From a virus: a stretch of 64,000 bases of DNA. The notes under the pieces were generated by a model. It saw only the letters and a program-made list of their open reading frames with translations. It did not search any database and had not been told where the DNA came from. A program made the translations under genes and the position numbers. The stretch is from positions 1 to 64,000 of IMG/VR virus record IMGVR_UViG_3300027896_000014; one strand, written 5' to 3'. Shown piece after piece: positions 40,001 to 49,400 of the stretch (within the stretch, counting starts at the first letter, position 1; each line of letters begins with the position of its first letter).

Positions 40001-42188
40001 TATGGTCTACAAGGGGGCGTCTGCCTGGCTTTCTGGAAAGATGTTTACTAACGTAACTGCCTATGCGACTATTGCAGCGGCCGTGGCTTCGGGCAATAAA
40101 TTACTTTTCATTCCTGAAGGAACTTACACGGAAGCTATATCTCTTTCAAGCTTATCTGACATCTTCATAATGGGGGCTGGAAATGGCACCAAAATTAGGC
40201 CCTCAAGCGGAAGTGCTCTTACTGTGTCAAACTGTTCCCACTGTACAGTTTCAAATTTAATGTTAGATGGGTCTGGCGGAGCTTCTTCAGGTATAACCAT
40301 AAATGTAGCTCCTTATGATCGTTTTCAAAACCTATATATCTCAGGCTTTTCAAGCTATGGCATAAATATAAATGGTGATGGTTCAACGGAAACCTATTTT
40401 AGAGACATTTATATTGACGCCATTAATGACACCTGTTTTAATTACACGAGGGGAACAACCACAGATACGGGTGGGATTTATCTTGATAGAGTCAATCTTA
40501 TGCACGAAGGTGGAAGTGGTACAAAAGCACTAAATATCAGTTGTGCTTCCTATACTAACGTCTTCTGGGAAATAAATAATCTTGTTGTTGATGCTTATGC
40601 TTCCTCCTGCCCAATAACTATTACCAATGCTGGCGATGTTAGGGCCATGAATGTCTGGGTGTCTAATAATGTAGCCAACGATGGTTCTATAAAAATTAGT
40701 GGGGGTGGTCAACAAAGCTATGTTCAAATGAGACTCAATAATGGAAATGCCAATGCTTATGGAATAAATTTTATTAATGGAGCAAATCATATATCTTTTG
40801 AGGCGGTTGAGTTTCCCGAAGCAAGTACTAATGGTTACTGTATTTACTTTGATGGTAGTTCCTATACTGACATCAACTTAGGTAGATACCGCACCGAAGG
40901 GCTAACGCCAGTTTTATCAAATCATCCCTCATACATAACTGTTACGAGTACGGGAGGTGCAGGAGGCGGTATAACCTCTTTAAATGGATTAACCGTATCA
41001 TCTCAAACTTTTGTCAATGACACGAATGTAACAATCACCTCTACGGGTTCAACGCACACTTTGGGATGGCAAAGCACGTTGGCGGATGGAAGAATTTACT
41101 CAGCCTCAAATTGGAACACAGCGTATACCAATCGGGTGAGTTCCTGGACTTCTCCCCTCCAATTCTCTTCTAACACTGCTTCAATCCTACAGGCCAGCAC
41201 CTCGGCAAGTGGATATTTATCTTCGACAGACTGGAATACATTCAACAATAAGCAGAATACCTTGACTAACCCCGTAACGGGGACGGGGACTATGTACTAT
41301 CTTGCTGCTTGGTCCTCTACAAACAGTATTCAGCCCCTTGCATCCCTTGGCACTTCCGGCTACGTGCTCACATCTACCGGTGGTTCGTCTCTTCCCACAT
41401 GGCAGGCTGCGACAGGGGGAGGCAACGTATCCACTAATGGTACGCCTGCCCTTCATCAGTGGGGCGTATGGTATGATTCAAGTCATATTAAAGGTGTAGC
41501 GGTCACAGCTTCGAAGGTAGCGTGTACTGACTCCAACGGCGAGCCGATAGCCTGCACAAACCTTACGGATACCACTGTATCAGCTTTTGATCCCACGGTA
41601 AACTCAGTATTTTATGAAGATTTTAATGCCCTATATGAAAATTCGTGGGAGTTGTTCGGTACTGTCGCTGCCTCTGCCCAGGACAGGAATGGAGTCATAG
41701 TAATTTCTGGCGATGATGCTTCTATTATTCCATTAGGGAGACCTGCTCAAAGCAACATTTCTACCCCATATGTCCAGTCAAAGAATCCTACGGTGATAGT
41801 TAGAGAAGCTCAATTTGGAGCTACTCAAACAACCACACGGTATTTTGGTTTAGCAAGCGGTGATTTAACCGCAGTCCCATATAACGGGATTTATTTTAGA
41901 CATGCTAAAAACAGTAATTATTTTGGAGTATGCCGCAAAGCGGGTTCAGAATCAACAATCGATACAGGTGTCACAGCAGCCAACGGGACTTTTCATACTT
42001 TGAAATTCGTGGTAACTGGAACAACTTCGGTTCAATTTTTTGTGGACGGGAGTTCAAAGGGTTCAATTACCAATGCTACCTATATTCCAACAGTAAATAT
42101 GTATTTTAGTCTGGGAGATGATGATGCTACTTTTAAAAGTACAGAAGGTTTATATATAGATTATGTTTATATAAGCCAGAATCGTTGA
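37023..42188 (+). CDS. Long tail-fibre/spike-like protein with beta-helix domain and N-terminal signal peptide
   Basis: WGSITGTLSNQTDLQNAL, TTLAGYGITDA, GYLSSTDWNTFN repeats, pectate-lyase-like LFIPEGTY segment. Confidence 0.85.
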   Translation: MRFMKLKNLIIIGLILLFPVFCHAAATDYWVDNNGVVHSYSLITKGFQLGTSATAGYVLTTNTSGVGTWQAGGGSIAWGSITGTLSNQTDLQNALNAKESALTFQYSVYRSGNTINLLNDSASPPASYYYGTDSGGTRGFFILPSTSGMIYPGPGIAVSTGSMWGTSITDNSDHWNTAYGWGYWAHTTLAGYGITDAAPLAHKTTEDAINGLVFVNGAGTYSAKVIGTDVQAYNSSLAAIAGGTWIGANSITTLGTIGTGVWQGTAIGDTYISSANNWTTAYTGRVTTWNSPLQFSSNTASILQASTTVSGYLLSTDWNTFNTKEPAISAGATSQYWRGDKSWQTLNQAAVAGLTTSDSPTFTGLTLSGVTSTGASIKLQEGPTSGNTFIAHKAPNTITTSVTYTWPELGTTGYFLKLNDSGGTLVWAAASGGGMTDPMTTIGDMIYRNSSNITDRRAIGTTGQILTVSGGLPVWATPATGLTVGGSDKDVQVNASGTFGADTGVFTYDYTNHMLSVLGSYAGSKLSLTLRNTSTGTTSYNQMSLGNDIASDRFYIRLLSSYFSGLSEYSYIISKASAPMILGVNGSEVMRLTGTYVNIAGLTASQVVMTDASKDLVSQAPAALTKTDDTNMTLTLGGTPATALLQAVSLTLAWTGTLADGKIASATNWNAAYSHKTTEDALSGLVFVSGGSYSSKVIGSDVQAFNANLATIAGLTPVQNKIMVGSGTPAWSVSSFTVPATPTANKALIGDGTNFILSTPTVPFASSPAAGKVMIGDGTNWVASTPTYPNTSPASGKILIGDGTNFIASTPTYPNASSPTVRKILVSDGTNWVASTETYAVPGTSGNVMTSNGTNWISSTPSSMVYPGAGIALSTGSAWGTSITDNSANWNTAYTNRVSSWTSPLQFSSNTASILQASTSASGYLSSTDWNTFNNKEFALTFQYSLYRAGNTINLYNDSASPGNSQYYGTDSGGARGFHTLPSGTVPTGTQGDMVYKGASAWLSGKMFTNVTAYATIAAAVASGNKLLFIPEGTYTEAISLSSLSDIFIMGAGNGTKIRPSSGSALTVSNCSHCTVSNLMLDGSGGASSGITINVAPYDRFQNLYISGFSSYGININGDGSTETYFRDIYIDAINDTCFNYTRGTTTDTGGIYLDRVNLMHEGGSGTKALNISCASYTNVFWEINNLVVDAYASSCPITITNAGDVRAMNVWVSNNVANDGSIKISGGGQQSYVQMRLNNGNANAYGINFINGANHISFEAVEFPEASTNGYCIYFDGSSYTDINLGRYRTEGLTPVLSNHPSYITVTSTGGAGGGITSLNGLTVSSQTFVNDTNVTITSTGSTHTLGWQSTLADGRIYSASNWNTAYTNRVSSWTSPLQFSSNTASILQASTSASGYLSSTDWNTFNNKQNTLTNPVTGTGTMYYLAAWSSTNSIQPLASLGTSGYVLTSTGGSSLPTWQAATGGGNVSTNGTPALHQWGVWYDSSHIKGVAVTASKVACTDSNGEPIACTNLTDTTVSAFDPTVNSVFYEDFNALYENSWELFGTVAASAQDRNGVIVISGDDASIIPLGRPAQSNISTPYVQSKNPTVIVREAQFGATQTTTRYFGLASGDLTAVPYNGIYFRHAKNSNYFGVCRKAGSESTIDTGVTAANGTFHTLKFVVTGTTSVQFFVDGSSKGSITNATYIPTVNMYFSLGDDDATFKSTEGLYIDYVYISQNR
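39687..41216 (+). repeat. 108-bp identical direct repeat inside the fibre gene (39687-39794 and 41109-41216)
   Basis: Direct comparison; degenerate third copy near 37850-37990. Confidence 0.85.
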
Positions 42189-42200
42189 AAAGGAGGGTCT

Positions 42201-42458
42201 ATGAAAAAGTTCTATTGTTTAGGAATTGTTTTGGTAATCCTGATGGTGATTGGGATTGCAATGGCAGGTGAGAAGGAAGAACTTCAACTCCAAAGAGCCG
42301 TGTTACAGGAGAAATTAGGCCGTCTTATGGCTGAATTTGAACTCGCTAAACGTGATATGCAGGCCATAGAAATCCGGTTAAACGACATAATGAAGGTCGA
42401 GCAAGAGAAGCAGGAAGAGGGGAAGAAAAATACACCAAAACAAGGGGAAAAGAAATGA
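42201..42458 (+). CDS. Small coiled-coil protein with signal peptide (fibre-chaperone-like)
   Basis: Signal ending AMA, heptad repeat, position after fibre. Confidence 0.6.
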   Translation: MKKFYCLGIVLVILMVIGIAMAGEKEELQLQRAVLQEKLGRLMAEFELAKRDMQAIEIRLNDIMKVEQEKQEEGKKNTPKQGEKK

Positions 42459-42727
42459 CGACGGTTTATAGAACCATCGACTATCGTACAAAAAGATATA
42501 GATTCCCCTTAACTTCTTTTGGGGTTTTGAAGGTAATCGCTCCCGTTTACCCTGTAAACATCGATGTGGTCTATCCAAAACTACCATATACGCTTGTTTG
42601 CACGGTCAATTCAGACGAACCGGTAAGACTCCCATCGCTTCTTGTCGATGCCTGTGAAGTGAGGATTTACGGCCCAGCGGTAACAGCCGTCTATTTAGCG
42701 AGTACCATGCAGGAGTTACCAGCATGA
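42455..42727 (+). CDS. Probable detached C-terminal domain of the 35476-37026 tail protein
   Basis: YRTK.Y.FP..SF...KV.A..YPV...V.S.EP.RLPS......EV.I.G..V..V.LAS.M.EL. Confidence 0.6.
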   Translation: MTTVYRTIDYRTKRYRFPLTSFGVLKVIAPVYPVNIDVVYPKLPYTLVCTVNSDEPVRLPSLLVDACEVRIYGPAVTAVYLASTMQELPA

Positions 42728-42981
42728 AACCAGTCATACCACAGATACGAACCTTCGCCCACGTGCAAAGTGCTCTGAATAATCTCAGGCAATACTATAA
42801 GGGGATTCCCGAAGGACCCGTAATTCCGACCATCAAGACCTTTGGGGATGCGAAGACCGGATTGAATAACATTAGAAGTTATTACTCAAAAATCAAAGGC
42901 TCCCCTGTCATTCCGACCGTAAAAACATTCAGGGATGCACAGAGTGCCTTAAATAACGTAAGGAGTGGGACGAATGTATGA
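42724..42981 (+). CDS. Protein made of three tandem 29-aa repeats
   Basis: PVIP.I.TF......LNN.R x3. Confidence 0.75.
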   Translation: MKPVIPQIRTFAHVQSALNNLRQYYKGIPEGPVIPTIKTFGDAKTGLNNIRSYYSKIKGSPVIPTVKTFRDAQSALNNVRSGTNV

Positions 42982-43190
42982 ATAGAGAAAGCGTTGATTC
43001 ATCGAATGTTAAGTCCGTGGGTTATGACCTTCAAACCCAAACTCTTGAGGCGGAGTTTAGTTCAGGAGCGGTCTATCAATATGAGGGGGTATCTCCAGAA
43101 CTTCATCAATCCTTGATGGATGCCGATTCGATCGGGGGCTTTCTCCGAACCAACATCATAAAGGGTGCTTTCAAGACCAAGAAATTATGA
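42978..43190 (+). CDS. KTSC-domain protein
   Basis: V.SSN..SVGYD....LE.EF..G.VYQY.GV....L..A.S.G.F. Confidence 0.92.
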   Translation: MNRESVDSSNVKSVGYDLQTQTLEAEFSSGAVYQYEGVSPELHQSLMDADSIGGFLRTNIIKGAFKTKKL

Positions 43191-43615
43191 AAGTGCTTCC
43201 TATGACAAAAGAGAATGTGGAGTACGTAATCGATAATCTTGATGAGTTGTGTCAAAAGGAAATCGATGTGTTTGGAGAGAACGTTCAACAAACTAAAGAA
43301 AGGTTTATCTCTATGATCGGGAAGCCCTTTACTGGGGCCTTCTATAACCACGATGGTAATTGCTGTGCCGTGGGGTATTTGGAATCAATCGGGTTTAACA
43401 GATGGAGAAGCCACTTCGTAGCGAGACAAGGAGGACTTAAACGGATCGCAAGGGGTTTAACAGACTTCTTTTCAAGATTTTCAGACGGGATCGTTAAGGC
43501 GAAAGGATATGTCGAAATATTATCCGGTTCCGATGATGCCTGGAAGTGGTTTTTTCTTATGGGGTTCACCTGTGAAGGAACCGACGGAGTAATCCAAAAG
43601 TATGTAAAGAGGTAG
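43187..43615 (+). CDS. Possible GNAT-like/T7 gp13-like virion assembly protein
   Basis: Size, A.KWF..MGF motif, position before ejection-type genes. Confidence 0.45.
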   Translation: MKVLPMTKENVEYVIDNLDELCQKEIDVFGENVQQTKERFISMIGKPFTGAFYNHDGNCCAVGYLESIGFNRWRSHFVARQGGLKRIARGLTDFFSRFSDGIVKAKGYVEILSGSDDAWKWFFLMGFTCEGTDGVIQKYVKR

Positions 43616-43640
43616 AAAATACCAAAAAGTGAGGTAGCTT

Positions 43641-46469
43641 ATGTGTGGTCCTGGTGCTGAAATAAAGGAAACTCCCCAAGAAAGAATATCTGCTCAAAAA
43701 GACGTAGAGCTTTGGAATTATTATCAGCAATACTATAAACCTCTTATGGATAAGTATATTGCCCAGACGACAGATCCAACGGCACAGGCAGAAGAGAAGG
43801 CGCAGGTTGCAGGTCAAATCAACGCAGAGGTTATGAAAAATGTCGATCCTTCAAAGGTCTCAGCAAATCCCGTTGAGAACACAAGAAGGCTTGCTGGTTT
43901 GGCAACGCAGGGTGCTGGAGCCCAGGTCGGAGGGCAGTCCGCAGTTAAATTCCGTCAACTCGGAGCACTTGAAGATATTATTAACGTTGGCAAGGGTGAA
44001 GAAGCATCGGCTCAAAAAGGTCTGGAGGTATCGGCAGAGCAATCGGTACAGAGGGCGATAGCCAAGAAACAATTACAGGCCCAAAAGATGCAGGGGATTT
44101 CGAGCGGTATCGGCTCTATCATTTAAGGAGATAAAGTCATGGCAGATCAAAGTATTGATCCTGGTTATGCGGCAGCATACCCGAGGCAGACGGGCTTCCT
44201 TCTAAGTCTGGCCCAGTTTCAGGACTGGCAATCTACATTTCAGCCGATAGAGCTTCAGGCGATGCAACAAATATCGCTTAACGATCCTGCTGTATTGGAT
44301 AAGGCAGTAAATGAGGCCGAATCAGCTACGAGAGAAAGTTTCGGAACTTTGGAGGGTGTAGGAGAAAGACAGAATCGAGCACTCGGAGTGAATCCCACTC
44401 CGGAACAGCAAACAGTAAGCCGTAGACTCATGGATTTAAGCGAAGCGTCAAGCATGGCTGGAGCGGCAAATACCGCAAGAGCCAATGTTCGTAAGCAGGA
44501 TCGCTATTTACTCTTCGGAGGTGCAGGAAATCCGAACGTTGCCTCTCCGACGGGATAGGAGGATAAAATCATGGCAGGTTTAATACAAACGGGAGCGACA
44601 TATAGAGATCGAGCGCTATCTGGCATCGTTGCGGAATCTGGACTTGCACAAAAAAGGGAATTGGCGAGTAAAGAATTTGAGGCAAAGAAAATTGAGGGGG
44701 TCGGAAGCTCAATCGAAACGGGGATTAAGGACATTGCAAAAATCGTGTCCGCTGCTTTCGGCGGCATGGGGATGATACCGGGCGGAGACAAAAAACCCAC
44801 CTTTGAGGGTGGGGTTGCTGGAGATATCACAGCGGCAGAAATGGGAGAAGCTGCCACGGCAGGTGCACCAATGGCGGAAGGACGATTCGGACCAATGCAA
44901 TAGGAGGATAAAATCATGGCAGGAGAAATTACTGGTTTAATTACGAGTATCATGGAGCGTCCTGTCCGTCAGAGGTTGTTACAGGAGCAATTGGAAACGA
45001 GCCAAGAGCGAAGACGGTACATGCGGGGCCAAGAAGAGCAAAGAACTGTTCAAACTGAAAGAGAAAAGCAGGCCCTTGAAAAATCAAAATACGAATTTGA
45101 TATGACCAAAGACACCGATTTAGATACAACCCTTCAACACAAAATAGTTGGCGCTGCGTATAAAATGAGCAATAACCTTCCCCTTGATTCCGACGAACAA
45201 ACCGCCTTCGTGACGGGCATGTATAGAGAAAATCGTTATTTTAAGGGAAAGAATTTTGCTCAACTGGATGAACTAAAAAAGAACCTGGAGACAATTAACA
45301 GCGAGTTTAATCGTCTTACTCCTGTCATTACTGAGCAGGCCAAACAAGGACGGGAGCGTATGGTTATAGACAAAGACCAGGCCCCAGAACTCTTCTCCGC
45401 ACTCCAAGGTACGCATGGAGATATTTTTAACTTGGGCACCGATCGAACAGGCAAGAAGGCGCAATCGAAGATATTGAGTAAACTCTATATTGACACAAAG
45501 AATGGAACGATCACGCCACACTTCGATATCGTCGATTCAGAGGGGAAACCCTACAGTTCGCCAGCCACAGAAGGAAGAACGGCAGATCCTAACGGTCAAG
45601 TATTGAGGATACCCATCGGTGTGTTCATTGACCAATTCAAGGGTTTGAGCCGTATGTCGGACCATATCACGGCACTCCGGTTGAAATTGGGCGATAAGGG
45701 GATGCTTGAAGAGTTTAAGAAATCGGAAGCCGTCCATAAAGAATCTCTTGCATTTAATAAAGCGGACGATGCTGTAGAGGAATTAAAAAGAAAGAACCCC
45801 AATGCAACTGTAGAGGAAAAGAGGAAAGTTTATGCCCGAGCCGCAGGAGAAGCGGGAATGGATGATGATAAGATTAAAAAGAACTTAGATTATCTTTTCC
45901 CGAAGCCGACGGCAGAGACTCAATATCAGAAAGAAACCATCGAAGAAAAACGCAAGTCCAGAGAACTTAAAGGAAGAGAGGTAGACATCAAAGAAAAAGA
46001 ATTGGGTGAAAAGCGTACCGAGAGGAAAGAAAAAGAAGAGGAGAAAAAAAAGAAGGAGGCTGAGAAACCTCTATCCGTGAGCGAGCAAAAAGAGCTTAAC
46101 GATGAGATATTTTCAAGATATTCCCGTCTGATTGATGAAGATGTGGAAGACAGAGAAGGAATTATAAAAAGGAAAAAACCAGATGAACTAATAGGAAATC
46201 TTCCTGATGAACACCAAAATCTTGTAAGAAATATAAGGGATCGAGCGACGGAGTTGAAACAAGAGGACCGCAAAATGACATGGAATCAGGCTATTAATAA
46301 GGCCGAACAAGAAATGGGGAAGCCAGAGAAGATTTTAAAACCTATCCCTAAAAAAGTGATTGAATCAATAACAAAGAAGTTCAAGGATATGCCCAAGGGA
46401 CCCAATAAACAAAAAAAGATGGAAGAAGAGGCCAAGAAGCAAGGGTATGATCCTCAGAAACAGGAATAA
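43641..46469 (+). CDS. Four putative internal virion/DNA ejection proteins (43641-44126, 44139-44558, 44571-44903, 44916-46469)
   Basis: Ala/Gln/Gly-rich helical proteins in podoviral core-gene position. Confidence 0.65.
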
Positions 46470-46472
46470 ACC

Positions 46473-49400
46473 ATGGGTGTGTTTGACGAGTTTGGGACAG
46501 CAACCGAAAAAGAAGTAAAGCACGAAGAGAAAGTTCCCGGAAGTGTGTTCGCCGAATACGGGAAACCCGAAGGTCCTTCTCTTTTCCAAAGAGGCAAGGA
46601 AGCCGTCCGACAGCTTACCCAACCAATTCCACCGGAAGCATGGGGAGGAGAGGAAAAACCCGCTCATCCAGAATGGGGTACGAGGGCAGATGGGACTCCG
46701 AAGGGACCTGGATTCTTAGGAACATTAAAGAGGCCAGATGGAAAGATTTCAACTGAATTGTCTATCGGGGTAGAAATGGATGGGAAAGAAACCGAGATTC
46801 CCTCCCTTGTTCCTACGTTGACCAAAGATGAAATAGATCACCTTCTGAGTGGGGAAAAACCTACAAAACAAATTATTGATAAAGCCACTGAACATGCGAG
46901 AAAAAGAATCTCAGAGGGTAAGAGTCCATTTGCTCAAGAAGGTGAGCAACCTAAAAAAGAACCCCCTCTTCAACAACCCGAATTTGCCACTGGTCCAGCC
47001 GTACCCGCTCCAAGGGCTTTAGCTCCACTGCCAGAACCAGAGCCCAAGGGTCCCCTTGGAAGGGCTGCCAGAGAACTTAGACCAGCGATCCAGACCGTTG
47101 AAGACATTGCCTCTGTTTACGCACCCCTTGAGGCCGCTGCGAACCTTTTCTCCCAGACCTATGGTCTTGCTGCCACTGGAATAGCTCAACTCGTGGGGCT
47201 TCCTTTTGGTAAATCAAGAGAACTCGGAGAAGCCGTTTCTAAGGCAACCATTTATGAACCGAAAACTGAAGCCGGTAAAAGACTCACTAAGACAGCAGAA
47301 TACCCCTTTGAACTTCTTGATGTCGCCGGAGAAAAGGCGGCTGATATTACCAGAGAAATTACAGGAAGCCCCGCACTTGCTACCGGAGTTGGTACAGCAA
47401 TAAAGGCTGCCCCCCTTGCTCTTGGAGTGAGAAAAACTGCACTATCCGCTCTCAAATCGGTGACCGACTCAACCTGGTATAGAAGCCTTGCCATACCAGA
47501 GAGGAGCCTCGTTGTTCAATCTTTGGATGACATGATTTCTAAGGGGTTGAGCGAGGGCGAGATTCTGCGACGTTGGAATAACCCTTCTTGGAGAGAAGAG
47601 GCTTTAGCGAGGAGGATGAAGGGAGAAGCTCCTCCAGAAGCTCCCGCCGAGGCCGCACCGAAGCCAGAAGTCGCCGTCAAGCCCAAACCATCCCCTAAAG
47701 TAGAAGAGCCAGCTAAAATTAAGCCTTCAGAGACCATCAAAGAACGTGTCCCAATAGAGGAGCCAACCAAAGAAGAAGTTGCAAGAGAGCCTATGGCTGT
47801 GAAGCCAGGAGAGGCAGAAAAACCTGCACCCGAGGCCGAACATCTTCGACCAGCCATTATTCACAACGGTAAAGTTAGTGAAGGCGAAGTCGGTGGTACT
47901 CATCCAGACATTCTCGAAGCCCAAGACATAAGCCCAGAGGAACCGCATGAAAGGGGATTCATTTCTCCTGAAGGAAAGTTTCTTAGCCGGACCGAGGCAA
48001 AGGATTGGGTGAGAGAGAATCAGCCCAAGGTAGCCGAAGAATTGCAGAGACAGACCGGAACGGGTGAAGAACTCTACAGTGAACATTACAGGGAAGCCGC
48101 AGGGATTGAACCGGCAAAGGAAGAAGCAAAACCACTCGAACCCCCTAAAGGATGGACAACTGTAGTTCAGCCTACATGGAGAAAAACTCCAGGTTGGCAA
48201 GCCGAATTAGATTGGAAAGATAAGAGAATAGTTTTTGAGACTGAGGCCGATGCAAAGAATCCCGACATAATTAACCACGAAATTGGGCATATCCAACTTG
48301 AGGATAAATTAGGAGACGTTCAAAAACTTTCCGACAGTTCGCTTCTTGAAGAATATGCGAAGGTGAGAAATGAACCGAAAGATATGCACGTTAATTTTAT
48401 CAGAGAACACCTTGCCATGGATTATGGACAGTATTTAACAAACCCTGATGAGGTTAAGCCAGAATTAAAAACCTTATTTGATAAATATTTTCCAAAGGAG
48501 GTGCCAGATGCCGTTAAAGAAAGGGTCGAGCCAACGCACGATATCGGAGAATATCAGCGAGTTAGTAAGGGCGGGATACCCGGACGGCCACGGGCAGGCA
48601 GGGGCGATCGCATTCTCGAAGGCGGGGAAGTCCCGAAAGAAGAAGAAAAAAAAGTAAAAGAACCTTGGGAGATAACTCAAAGTGAGTATCTTGATGATCT
48701 ATTTGAAGGAATACAAAAGCCAAAAGAACTTGGAGTCGAGAAAAGAAGGCATAAGATAGCAGTAAATAAAGCCCTCTCCGAAGGTAAGCCCGTTCCACCC
48801 GAAGTTTTAGCCGATTATCCAGACCTTCATAAGCCTGCCCTTTCCCCCACCGCCAAAGATCAATATGCTCTCACAAAAGAATCCACCCGAGAAAGTCCTG
48901 CCGAGGTAAAACCTGGCGATTGGTCTAAAGGCGAATCCCGTCCCTTTGCCTTCGATCCGAACTCTACCGAGAATGAAGGTCGATTCAGACTCTACCCGCC
49001 TGAAGATATTAAACCAAACACTTACATAAGCCAAAAGGCAGTTAGGTCCAGAGGGATTGAACCCACTGAAGGTGTTCGATTTCTCTTGGCGGATGCTAAG
49101 GCAGGTGGTCGAGTTATTCAGGCCATTCGCTTTGATAAGTCCATTATGCCAGAAGAGAAGGCGAAAGATTGGTGGGAAGAAAATAAAGGGAAGTTTGAGT
49201 TTGGGGGAATTAAAAAAGAACAGGAAGTTAAACAACCAAGTTTTTTGAGTATTAAAAAAGAAGAAATAACAGGCAAGGAGGCCAAAGATGTTACTACATC
49301 GAACAGCAAAGAATGGAGTGACCTTTTTCTTCGAAAGCTCAGCACTGGAAGATCCGAAGTTCAGGGAATCCTTAAAGATCGCCTTGGAAAAGGATTCAAC

